A stretch of DNA of 64,000 nt from Lama guanicoe. Taxonomy: Eukaryota. The notes beneath the pieces are model-generated. The model did not search any database and was not told the origin of the DNA. It was given only the letters and a program-made list of their open reading frames with translations. Position numbers and translations under genes: made by a program. Shown here one piece after another: positions 53,230 through 64,000 of this stretch. The stretch is taken from the NCBI GenBank assembly GCA_013239625.1, contig MU053365.1, forward strand, positions 684,001 to 748,000, read 5' to 3'. How positions within the stretch are numbered: position 1 is the stretch's first letter; every line of letters starts with the position of its first letter.

Positions 53230-53340
53230 CATTTATTCATTCAACAAATATTTCTTGAGCCGTTATTATGTGTGCTGGGCAACCAAGGCCCATCCATGAA
53301 TAAGAAGAGCTTCTGGGCACTGATGTCACATGAGGCTGAT
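53230..53340 (-). mobile_element. L2 3' end
   Basis: atttattcattcaacaaatatttcttgagcc..tatgtgtgctgggc. Confidence 0.7.
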
Positions 53341-53824
53341 ACTATGACTTCAGCCCCAGGGGTCAAACACACACACAGTTCTCCAGAAAAGCTCTGGGTC
53401 TGTCACAGCAAATCTCAAGGGTTTTTTCATCTTAAATTCATAGAAGGACTTGATAGATTTTGCACCCTAACTTTACTCCCAGGGGAAAAAAATCTGAAAT
53501 AAAAGATTCAAGAAATACAGCGTATTTCTCATTCCATGTACATCTCCCATTTACGGAAGTTTGTTTACTTTTCTGCCAAAGTACATTTTAGCAAAACTTT
53601 AGTCCTCATTTAACAGCAGAAAGATGACAGCTGCAAGCTTGGTAAAGGAGAAATGCTCAGTATTAATCTGGTTACTTTTAGGGGAGGGGGAAGCAACATG
53701 TGTACCCTCTATGTGCAGAGTTTTCTAGAATTCTCTTAAACCTTAGAGAACCCAAGCAGGGAGACACTCTTCTCCACCTCCTCCTCATGCTCCTCATCAC
53801 CACCACCATCACCATCATTTGTAC

Positions 53825-53905
53825 GATTACCTTTTTACAGATGCGGAAACTGCAGTTCAGAGAGGGAAAGTGACTTACCTGGCATCACATAGCCAGTAAG
53901 AGGCC
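53825..53905 (-). mobile_element. MIR fragment
   Basis: ttttacagatgcggaaactgcagttcagagagggaaagtgacttacctggcatcacatagccagtaag. Confidence 0.75.
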
Positions 53906-55811
53906 ACTTCATTCCCTTCCACATTGCAAAATGCTGCTTCCAAAGTCCAGCTCCAAGGAAGTTACCCAGCTTTTAGCACCTGCTCACTAATGGCAGTCCC
54001 GTACATTTGTTCAAGTATTTTATTAATGGCCACCTATAATGTTTATAACCTATAGACTCCTAAATATGTTCCTTTTATTTCATAATCTACTCCCCTTATG
54101 TCTTGTGTTTTCCAGTGATATATTTTAGATCTGAGGAAGTTTATATTTCAAAATGATTCATTCTGTTCTGCCAACTGCAAGGCAAGACTGCAGTAAATGT
54201 TCTCTTGTTGATCAAGAGTGTGTATGTGTGAGCAGAAAGAAATACTATCTGAATTCACATCATGTTTTGGACCACCACCAACTAATACACTGACATGCCA
54301 ATATACTGGATTGTTTACATACAAAGTAAATGTCAAGCAAAAGGAAAACCCTTTTGTCAGTTACTAGATATTCCTCTTACCTTCTGGGGCATGTCAGATT
54401 GAAGCAAAATACGCCTGCTTCATCCTGTCATTACATTTGACCTAAACTTCATTTAAAAGACTAGAGAAATCATTTTAAAGCTGTAGTATTGATTAGGCTT
54501 TAGAAAAGTATTTGCCTCAGAATTTGATTTAAGTCTTGCTCAACGTTCACTTGTCAAGAATGTAACAGCTTTACAAATGAAACTAAAAAGGAGACATTTA
54601 ATTCTAATTTCATTTACAAAAAGATTTTATGGAAGTAGACAAATTGGAAGGGCAACAAATTATCCTCCCCTCAATGGCTCCAATGCCTGCTTTGGCCAGT
54701 TGGTCGGTAATCTGGCTGGGACATGACCAGGGCATTTACTGCTAGATGGTAAGGAGCACGTTTAAAGGCCTGTTGACAGCTGATATTAGAGCTTGCCTTA
54801 TGTTTATCTTTCTCTTCCTCTTTCAACAAGAGATTCCTGTGAAGAGCCTTTCTGGCTTTATGATGCTGAGCAACTGTGGACTGCAGCCCGACTCAGCCCA
54901 CGGGGAAGCCGGAATTTCCAGCAAGCTGTCCCCCACTCCCAGTGAGATCAAAAGGACGCAGACAGAGGCTCTCCCCGCCGATAGTGGGTCTTTAACCAGC
55001 CCTCCAGCGCGCTGGGGACTGCTGAGCTGGCCTTACTACCATGTACACTTGAAAGAACACCTCGCTCCTCCTGATCGCTACTGGTTTCTATAGAAACAAG
55101 AAAGAATCTGTTCTTTTGCTAAAATTTTCCCCTAAAGCTTTTTCTAGCACTGTATAAAACATTTATTTTTTGCTATCACAGTTCTCCATTTATAGCATCA
55201 TTTAACCGATCAAAGAACAATGGGCTGAGTAAAGATGAGCGTGTGCTTCGTTTTCAGAAATCAAATCCTCCATGCATTAAGCAGCCGTGGTCAGTTCATC
55301 TCTCCTGGGTCACTTTAGGACTCAAGTATTTTAGAGTAAATACTTGAAACAATGGTGTATCAGAGAGTGAAAAGGGGTCAACGAGGTATCTACTCCACCA
55401 TGAGCTGACTTTTCCACTTCAGAATGCTTCAGCAGTTACAGTATTTAAATGAATTCTGTCTCATCAGTGTCACCGTAAATTATCCTTGAAAACTCCAGGG
55501 CTCCTGACCACAGGAATGTGAGTCACGGCCTTGATGCCTGTGTGGCTTTGCTGCGAGATAAAGGCTGGGTTTCTCTTCTCCAGGGACCACATTTGCTCCA
55601 GAGTTGCTAAGGCTAGTAAATACTGTATCTGTCCTCTTGTAATCACGAAGCAAACAGACTTGCCCTCCATCACATAAAACCCCCAGAGGTGTTAGGTCGT
55701 GAAAGAGGTATTGAACTAGTGCCATGCTTAAAATCTAAGAATGGGAATCTCTGTGGCATAAATTCGGACCAAATCTGCTACATGGTTGCATGTGTCTCAT
55801 CTTCTATCAGA

Positions 55812-56090
55812 TTCCATTCATTTATTCTTGCCTCAATAAATATTAATTGAGTGCCAGCTATGTGTTGGTCACAGGGTTTTAAGCACTGCAGGTAAGGTGC
55901 AGCACTGAGCAACAGACACGGTCCCTGTCCACCCCAAGTTCATAGTCTAGCATGGAGATAGGCATTTTAAAAAAAAAATCATACAGTGAACTACAGTTGT
56001 AAGAAATGCTGTGAAACAAAAGTACTGAGTGCCTAAGACAAACTCTGATGGAGTCTAAGGGGCTGCAGAAACACCTACAAAGTAGGGTTC
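55812..56090 (-). mobile_element. L2 3' part
   Basis: caataaatattaattgagtgccagctatgtg..aacagacacggtccctgtccaccccaagttcatagtctag. Confidence 0.72.
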
Positions 56091-56232
56091 TGCTTCAGGT
56101 GAAATTAACTTGAAACTTGTGCATGTTTTGCAAAATCGTGGAACTGTCAGAGATCGTGAGAGGTGAATGGCTCAGCTGTCCAGGATAAGTGGTTTTCTCA
56201 ATCTGGAGATTCTTAAGAATGAAGCCTCACAG

Positions 56233-56898
56233 GTTTCTTTAAAAACTAAAAATAAACTTATCATATGATGCTGCAAGCCCACTCCTGGGTATATATCTAG
56301 AGAAAACTATAATTTGAAAAGACACCTGCACCCCAGTGTTCACAGCAGCACTACTTACAATAGCCAAGACATGGAAACAGCCTAAATGTCCATCAACAGA
56401 TGACTGGATAAAGAAAATGTGGTATATATATATGCAATGGACTATTAGCCATAAGAATGAAACAATTCCATTTACAGCAACATGGATGGACTTAGAGATT
56501 ATCATATTAAATGAAGTTAGACAAATATCACATGATATCAATTTTATGTGAAATCTAAAAACAAATGACACAAATCAACTTATTTACAAAACAGAAACAG
56601 AGTCACAGACAAAGAAAACAAACTTATGGTTACGAAACGGGAAAGGGGGTAGGAGGGATAAATTAGGAGTCTGGGATTAACAGATATACACTACTATATA
56701 TAAAATAGACATACAACAAGGATCTACTGTACAGCATGGGGAACTATATTCAATTTCTTGTAATAATATATAATGGAAAAGAATCTGAAAAAGAATATAT
56801 ATGTATAACTGAATCACTTTGCTGTACACCTGAAACTAATAATGTAAATCAACTACAACATAAAATTTTTAAAAACTAAAATAAAATTTTTATAAAAT
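56233..56898 (+). mobile_element. L1 3' end with 16-bp TSD
   Basis: FTAALLTIAKTWKQPKCPSTDDWIKKMW ORF2 motif plus 3' UTR; TSD GAATGAAGCCTCACAG at 56217-56232 and 56899-56914. Confidence 0.95.
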
Positions 56899-57299
56899 GA
56901 ATGAAGCCTCACAGACTTCCTTGGTGGCTCATCTGCTGCTTGAACATATTATAACTCTGGGAGTTCCTTCTTAGCTACCAAGATATCTAAAGGATCACAC
57001 CATAAAGTAACTCGCCCATAAGGCGGTCTTCAGCTGGGGGAGGGGGGAATGCAACTCTCACTGAAATGCTGTATTTCATGTTCTGAATCAAATACAGACT
57101 GAGCAGCAGAGTCTGAGGACTAAGTCTCTACTCCCAGTGCACATATACAACAAAATAGATCCTTGGTATTCATGGATGATCCGGTTTTGCTATTCACACA
57201 ACCGTTTTCATATTTTTCACTCTTTTTTCTTTTATTCTGAATCTGAACTTTTGGGACAAAGTTGGTATCTGGTTAAATAAGAGACACAAATACATATTG

Positions 57300-57520
57300 G
57301 AAAAGAGCATGAGCTTAAAAGTCAGACACATTGGGTTTGAACCCCAACCACACCACTTATTAGTGTATAAACTTGTGCAAATCATATAACATTTTTGAGT
57401 CTTGGCTTCTGGTCTGTGAAATGGGGATAATAATAACTCATGAGGCTGTTGCAAATATTAAATGAGATAATGCATGTAAACTATTTGGCACAGAGCTTGG
57501 CTAAGAGTAAACATTCAGAA
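57300..57520 (+). mobile_element. MIR SINE
   Basis: aagagcatgagcttaaaagtcagacacattgggtttgaacccc..ccacttattag..tctgtgaaatggggataataata. Confidence 0.82.
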
Positions 57521-57634
57521 AACAAAGCCTTAGGATATGCACACACCCAAAAGTGCACTTTTAACTGACATACACTTCTATACATATTTTATAAATATGT
57601 ATATGTGTGTTATACCTTCTTACCTCTTTGCTAC

Positions 57635-58074
57635 TGTGAAAATAAAGGAAACTTCATTTAAAATGGAGTCAGGAAGCCCTGAAGGGGGAGCTCTTGCACA
57701 CTTGCAGACCCCAGCAGGAAGAAATGTACCTTGCTCTCCCCAACAAGAGAAAGCTTACTTTACACACCCCAGCAGGAGGAAGAAAGATTTTCTCTTTGCC
57801 CAGCAACAGCCCAGCCAATGAGAAACTGCCACACTCAGCCAATGAAAAGCCGCTGCCACCATGCATTCACAGTCTACTCCAATAAACTTCAACTCAAAAC
57901 AGTCCCTCCCAACTTCCTCCTTTTTTCCATAAAAGAACTCTCCTTTCCTTTGTTCTCCAGACTCGCCTATGGCTTGCCATAGTTTGCTTGTCCTGAATTT
58001 CAATTCCTCTGCTATTCCTAAATAAACGCATTTGGCTGGTAAAACAACTGGCCACTTTATTTTTAAGGCTGGCA
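57635..58074 (+). mobile_element. ERV 5' LTR
   Basis: Starts TG (tgtgaaaataaagg), ends CA (..aaggctggca; alternative end 58079). U3 direct repeats accccagcagga at 57708 and 57766, CCAAT at 57815 and 57839, TATA-like cataaaa at 57928, AATAAA at 58021. Confidence 0.85.
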
Positions 58075-58079
58075 ATACA

Positions 58080-58097
58080 TGGTGTCAGAAATTGGAT
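58080..58097 (+). other. Primer-binding site, tRNA-Leu-like
   Basis: tggtgtcagaaattggat is 16/18 identical to TGGTGTCAGAAGTGGGAT, the recalled complement of the tRNA-Leu(CAA) 3' end. Confidence 0.8.
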
Positions 58098-58336
58098 CCA
58101 AAGGCAACAAGCCCCCGAGGAACTTATGACTCCCAGAACTGTGTGAGGTACTTGCGTGAGCTGCTTGCACAGTCTCCTTCTGTGAGTTATCTTTTTCCTT
58201 TAAGTTCAGTTCAGTCTTCTCTGGGATCCAAGCTCCTCTCTTTGGTCAAGCACTCTGACTTGATTTGGCATCTGTTTTTATGACGGCATCACCCTTTCTA
58301 GTGAGTACTATTTTCTAAACTTCTGAATTTTCAGCA

Positions 58337-59686
58337 ATGGAATCCAACTCTGCTAAATTTTCTCAGGAGTACCCCCTTCTGGGTCCCTGACTTTGTTTTT
58401 ATGTTTAAAAATCATGCTTCCTCCTTATGCGTATTTTAAATTGACCAACTTAACCAAAAAATGATTTAGAACTTCAGTAGCCATTATGGAGAACTTCTGA
58501 CCTCCCCAAACTTGTTTTTCTGAGAACTAAATTAGAAGACCATGGCTTTAAAATTAAACAGACTGAATGGGATGCCTATTTTAATTGCTACCTGGAGGCT
58601 TCCAAATGCATTCAAGACTCTAAAATCACCTCTTTACAAAATATCATTTCTAAATTAACTGAGGCAAATAAACAATTGGGGAGAAAAAAACAGAAAGCTT
58701 CTGAGGCCTCTTTTTCCCCTCCCCCACCCTCTATGTCTCCAGGCGGGCAGCCGCCATCTTGTGCCAAGGCCTGGCCCCTCTTCTCTTCTGTGCTGTCCCT
58801 ACCTCCTCATTCTAATGCTCTCGCTGACCTTCCCTTTTTCTCTGAACTTCTCCCCCACTTTCTCCTCCCCTGAACCTATTAAAACCTGCCCCTTTAAACC
58901 AGGCCCTCTGAGGAGCCAAATGGTAAACTCCTCATTTCTTACGTTCCCTGGGCTAAAGCTGAACTACAAGCTATAGTCAGGGTTTCCCAAAGTAACAGAA
59001 GTTCCCCACGAGTCTGTTGAGGAATTTAAGATGGACATTCAAACGTCAGCCGGTCTCCCTGACTTACGTCAGCTGGCTCACATGTTGCCAGCAAAAGTCA
59101 CGCCCAACGCTGGGGAGATCGTGAAGCGCCCGCAGCTGTAAGACTGCTGCTTTAGCTATGCGGCCGGGCTCGGGAACCTCCAGGTGACTCCGTTTGGCAA
59201 CCTCTAGGGCTTTCCCGAAACCTGTTGATTGGAGTAAGACTCAGACTTGCCCTCAAAAACCCAAATGAACCTGTGCACAACTATTACAGTCAACTCCAAA
59301 TTGTTTTTAAGGAAAATTCTGGTCTCCCTGCCTGAATCCACTCATGTAGCCTTTACCTCTATGTTCACAAACAGGCTAAACCAGGATCTTTCTCTTCTAG
59401 TTAAAAGGGATGGAATGGGAACCTACATCCACACCAGATCTAGTTAATTTAGCAAACCAGCTCGCCTGCACCCTGCATGATTCAACTAAAAGACCGCTGA
59501 AATCCTCAATTTTAAACTAAAACAAAAAAAATGGAGGCCCCTAAACAAAAACAAAAGGCTCCTGGATTCTGCCATTACTGCAAAGAGCCAGGACATTGGA
59601 AAAAAGACTGTCACAAACTTAAGCACTCCAGGCACCTTCAGCCCTCTAACTAGCCTTTCCAACGCCCTCCCAACCCCCAGTTATGA
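58337..59686 (+). pseudogene. gag: ERV gag, disrupted
   Basis: Matrix-like DLPKLVFLRTKLEDHGFKIKQTEWDAYFN, Pro-rich region, capsid-like PWAKAELQAIV and FPKPVDWSK, intact knuckle CHYCKEPGHWKKDC at 59570-59611. Confidence 0.85.
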
Positions 59687-62600
59687 GGCTCTGAGGAACT
59701 ACGGGGGCTCTTCCAAATCCTCCCTTTTCATTGGCTTGAAGAAACACTCTCCAGATCGGGAATGAATCTGTCTATGACCTTACTGACACAGAACTACACT
59801 CTCCGTGCTCAGTGCCACTGGTATTAAACAGCCCCTGCCTCAGAGTACTAAGGGGGTTCAAACTGGGGGGGATCTCAAATAAACTTCAACAGGTTCCTGT
59901 TTCTAAACCCATCTCCTTTTGTTTAGGCCCTCTAAGAGATACCCAACCTTTTCTCCTTATTTCCTCCACCCCTACTCATTTACGGGGCTGACATTTCATA
60001 GAAAAAGACCATGCTGAAATTTCTTTCTCCCAAAAAAAGGAAAACAATTCTAGAATTTGATAGCAGCAACCAAAATAGCCAACTACTGAGTGAATCAAAT
60101 GACCCTTCAACATCTTTTTTTTTTCTTGCTCCATCTCTGATGGCACTGGAGCTGATTCTAAGGAAACTTAACCATTTGTCCCTGTTAGATCAGCTGCCAG
60201 TCTTCTTAAAGGCAAAATCCTCAACTGATATTGGCAGACTCCAGAGTATAGCTCCTATTAAGATCCAAACAGATCCCTCAAAGCACCTCCTCAGAATTAA
60301 CCAATACCCTATAAAAAGGCCATCCAGGGTATTAAGCCAGCGAGATGATTATAAGACGTGTACTAGTCCCTGTACCATCCCTATTTTACCTGAAAAGAAA
60401 CTCAATGGCCACGGATGGAGATTTGCCCAAGACCTCCAAGCCATAAACAAAACTGTCATACCTTGTCACCCTGTTGTTCCTAATCCCCATACTTTTTTAG
60501 CCTTGTGCCCATCAAAACCAAAATTTTCACTGTGAGTAAATTACGTAGCACCTTCTTTAGCATCCCTGTAGAGAATGCTAATCAGTATCTCTTTGCCTTT
60601 ATTTGGGAAGGGCAACAGTATACCGGGACAATAATGACCCAGGGTTTTACCGAAGTCCTTCTTACTTCTCACAAAACTTAAGAGCTGATTTAGATGATAT
60701 AAAATGTTCTGGAGGCTCTACTTTATTAAAATACATAGATGACATTCTTCTCTGCTCCCCCTCCCAGGTCTTTATTCAGGAAGACAGCATCCGCCTAGTG
60801 AAGCTTTTGGTCTCAAAGGGACATAAAGTTTCTAAGAAGCAACTGCAATTTGCTCAAACCCAGCTTCATTATTCCAGGCACCTGATCATGGGAAAAGGGC
60901 TGCACCTCGATCCAGATCATCTTCACGGCATCGTGAACTTCCCAAACTCCAAGCCAAATGCCAACTGTGAGGCTGTCCTTGGCTCACTGGTGATTGCCAG
61001 AAAGGGATTCTGAACTTTTCTCTCGTGGCCCAGTCTTTACATGCCTTACTAAAGAACATGAAACCTGACCCTTATTACTTGGGAAGAGCCAGATGATCCA
61101 GCTTTTAATACCTTAAAGAAAAGCTTGAAAAATCCCCCTGCCCTTGGGCACCCTAATTATCCACTTCCCTTTTTTCTCTTTATGTAGGAGAAGGAGGTAA
61201 GTACTCTTGGAGTAGTCACCCAAAAACATGAGGACCACCATCGCCCCGTAAGGTACTAGTCAGCAGCTAGGCCCTATGGCATAAGGCTATCCACCTTGCT
61301 TCAGAGCCATTCCCGCCACTGTCCTTTTAGTTAAGGCCACAAAAGAGATAGTCATGGGATCCCCTCTGACCATTTTTGTACCCCATGCAGCGGAGTTCTC
61401 CTGAATTCTCATCAAACTCAACACCCTTCAACCACTTGTCTTCCTATGAAATCCTCAGGGTAACCAGTCCTCATATAACTCCTTCTCACTGTAATGACCT
61501 TAATTAGCCTTGCCACCTTCTTCCCTTCTCCGCACACTGTACTCCTCGTGGCGCTCTGACAGATCACCTCTTGACCCCTCGTGATGATTTATAGGAGACT
61601 CCCCTAACCGATGCTGAGTTTTCATGGCTTACTGACTGTTCTTAAAGAATGAAAACAGTAAATGCTGGATATGCAGTTGTAAGTCCTTTTGAAGTCATCA
61701 AGGTGGCACCTTTGCCTTTGGCAACCTCGACCCAACAGGCTGAATTATACGATCTTAGTCAGGCTTGCACTTTAGTAAAGGGCAAAACTGCAAATATCTA
61801 TACAGACAGTACATACGCCTTTCGAATAGCTCATGACTCTGAGATGCTATGGGAACAGCGAGGCTGCCCTACTTCCAGTGCGGTAAAGTTTTAAATGGTT
61901 CTTATGCCTAGGATTTATTAGATGCCGTGCTCCTGCCAGGCACGTGAGCTGTTATTAAGGTCCCTGGGCATTCCAAACTTGACTCCCTGGAAGCTAAAGG
62001 AAACCACACCACAGACATTTCTGCCAAGAACGCTGCTCTTAAAAGAACCAAAACCCAAACCTCTGTCATGGTCCAAAGGGATGTTTCCTCAAATGATAAC
62101 TTAGAGAAAATGGCCAGAGAAACCCAAGAATTGGCTCCAGAAAAGGAAAAACAAGATTGGAAATCTAGTAACTGTTGCTCTGATAAAAAGAGAGAACTCT
62201 AGTTTGGGCCAAATAACAATCCAGTGTTGTCAGAGACTCTAAAATTCCCATTTCTGACTACTGTATATGCATGAAACCATGGGTCTGTGGATAAAATGTA
62301 ATGTTTATGAATCAATACTGGTGGAGAAATATCGATAAAGCCACAAAAATGCATGCTTTGCTTACCCCACCTGCCCAAAATATAATTCGGGAGAAACTGT
62401 CCACAGTGCTCCCGAATACTTTAGACTGCGCAGTGGACCAATGGACCATTGGAGGTTTGGCAAATGGATTTTATTCAGTTTCCCCCATCACATGGATATA
62501 AATATGCTGTAGTCATGGTTTGTATGTTTTCCCACTGGGTCTTAGCCTTTCCACGTAGACAAGCTACTGCCTCTTCTGTGGATAAAATTCTTTCAGAAAA

Positions 62601-63290
62601 GATTACCCTTACCTGGGGAACCCCTCTTAAGCTCCATGGCAACCGGGGAACCCATTTTCCTGCAAACATGACAGCAAGTCTGTGTTGTTTGGCCAGTCCT
62701 AGTGCATTTTCACGATGCTTCCCACCCTCAATCCTCAAGGCTGGTCAAACGCACTAATGGCATCGTTAAGACTCAATTTGCAAAATTTGTAGAAACCCTT
62801 CAAGTACCCTGGCCAAAGGCACTGCCATTAAGTCCTTCTGAAACTCATGTCTAAACCCTTTTGGAAACCATAAACCCTCTCACCCTTTGAGATAATCACA
62901 GAACACCCAATGCACCCAGCTACTGCTTCTTTTGATCCACAGCTGATAAAAGGAAATTACACTTCAGTATTGTAAAGGCTTAATTGCTTCTGTTGAAAAT
63001 AACCGTGCTTTAGTAGAGTAACCTTTTCACAGCGTCTCCCATCTTCTCAGGAGATGAAGACTTTAAGCATCACTCCTTTTAACCTGGAAATTTTGTCTAT
63101 TGGACAGACATCTCCAGAAAGACTCTCTTCAACCTCATTGGAAAGGCCCCTATAAGGTGCTGTTAAGCAACCTGTGTGCTGCCTAACTCCAAGGAATAGA
63201 CTTTTGGATTCATGTGTCACATCGAAACCCGGACTGGACTTGCATACCATCTGGTGGCCTGAAAATAAACATTTTCAGGAATTGAAGTAG
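59687..63290 (+). pseudogene. pol: ERV pro-pol (protease, RT, RNase H, integrase), disrupted
   Basis: Frameshifted LTDT(G)xTLSVL at about 59779; RT PILPEKKLNGHGWRFAQDLQAIN and YIDD at 60732-60743; RNase H QQAEL and NIYTDSTYAF; integrase WQMDFIQ..YKYAVVMVCMFSHWV; C-terminal WKGPYKVLL and WIHVSH. Confidence 0.93.
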
Positions 63291-63502
63291 ATGACATCTG
63301 CAGGAGACAGCTTTCCCAATATGACCAGACCAAGCCTGTATAACCTTTTTCTCACTGTTCCTTCTTACCTTATTCCCTCCATCTCTTTATTGGAAAGGCA
63401 ATATTTTATCCACATTTCCCAATCTACTGAGAAAAGAGGAAGTCGTTCTGACTATTGCATCTGTCACCAGAAACTCCAATCTGTTCATGATGTTGGAGAT
63501 CC
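63291..63502 (+). pseudogene. env: ERV env 5' end (signal peptide and SU N-terminus), truncated by L1
   Basis: Hydrophobic LFLTVPSYLIPSISL, then WKGNI-(frameshift)-IHISQSTEKRGSRSDYCICHQ; YCICH at 63453-63467 is a decayed CWICH (CxxC) SU motif. Confidence 0.7.
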
Positions 63503-64000
63503 TTTGTTTTTTTTTCTTTTTCTTTTAACATTTTTTATTGAGTTATAGTCATTTTACAATGTTGTGTCAAACTCCAGTGTAGAGCACAATTTTTCAGTTA
63601 TACATGAACATACATATATTCATTGTCACATTTTTTTCTCTGTGAGCTACCATAAAATCTTGTATCTATTTCCCTGTGCTATACAGTATAATCTTGTTTA
63701 TCTATTCTACATTTTGAAATCCCGTCTATCCCTTCCCACCCTCCGCCCCCTTGGCAACCACAATTTTGTATTCTATGTCTATGAGTCTGTTTCTGTTTTG
63801 TATTTATGCTTTGTTTGTTTTTTTAGATTCTACATATGAGTGATCTCATATGGTATTTTTCTTTCTCTTTCTGGCTTACTTCACTTAGAATGACATGCTC
63901 CAGGAGCATCCATGTTGCTGCAAATGGCATTATGTTGTCGGTTTTTATGGCTGAGTAGTATTCCATTGTATAAATATACCACCTCTTCTTTATCCAGTCA
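63503..64000 (-). mobile_element. Young camelid-type L1 3' end inserted antisense in env; continues past the window
   Basis: T-rich tail, then ttttattgagttatagtcattttacaatgttgtgtc..ttccctgtgctatacag..gcaaatggcattatgttgtcggtttttatggctgagtagtattcc, complementary to the motif of the 12953-13740 copy. Confidence 0.95.

Larger units (their letters stand above)
57635..63502 (+). mobile_element. Class I (ERV1/gamma-epsilon-like) endogenous retrovirus, decayed provirus; 3' part interrupted and outside the window
   Basis: Colinear LTR-PBS-gag-pro-pol-env with recognisable motifs in each gene; many stops and frameshifts. Confidence 0.93.

Noticed and set aside
55322..55347. Perfect 10-bp inverted repeat TCAAGTATTT-N6-AAATACTTGA
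   Set aside because: A stem this short is expected by chance roughly once in 64 kb, and there is no supporting context.
60011..62757. ORFs with RT, RNase H and integrase motifs as possible intact or domesticated genes
   Set aside because: They are pieces of one pol broken by many stops and frameshifts, with damaged protease and integrase motifs.
1..64000. CRISPR array, operon or other prokaryote-style system; also naming the host gene
   Set aside because: The sequence is mammalian and repeat-rich with no regularly spaced repeat-spacer structure or gene cluster. No exon was recognised, so no host gene can be named.

Overview
Mammalian nuclear DNA, most likely camelid (alpaca/llama/camel), inferred from a tRNA-derived SINE at 3974-4118 with the Vic-1-type layout and from camelid/artiodactyl-type L1 3' UTRs. 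I recognise no host protein-coding exon. The window reads as a repeat-rich intron or intergenic interval containing MIR, L2, old L1M/HAL1, MLT1/MLT2 LTRs, MER5 and ten young 5'-truncated L1s (six with readable TSDs), separated by repeat-poor, TAAT-rich blocks that look like conserved enhancers. The main feature is a decayed but colinear class I (ERV1) provirus on the + strand from 57635: 5' LTR, tRNA-Leu-like PBS, gag with a CCHC knuckle, pro-pol (YIDD RT, RNase H, integrase) and the start of an EnvV-like env. An antisense young L1 interrupts env at about 63503 and runs off the window end. Secondary signals are a + strand bias of young L1s and LTRs (suggesting a minus-strand host gene), focal CpG/GC-enriched patches inside otherwise decayed repeats, an AT-rich fold-back, and nested or inverted L1 architecture. 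I found no support for a novel multi-gene system. Repeat family names are from recalled consensus sequences, boundaries are by eye, and nearly all ORFs in the supplied track are spurious or repeat-derived.
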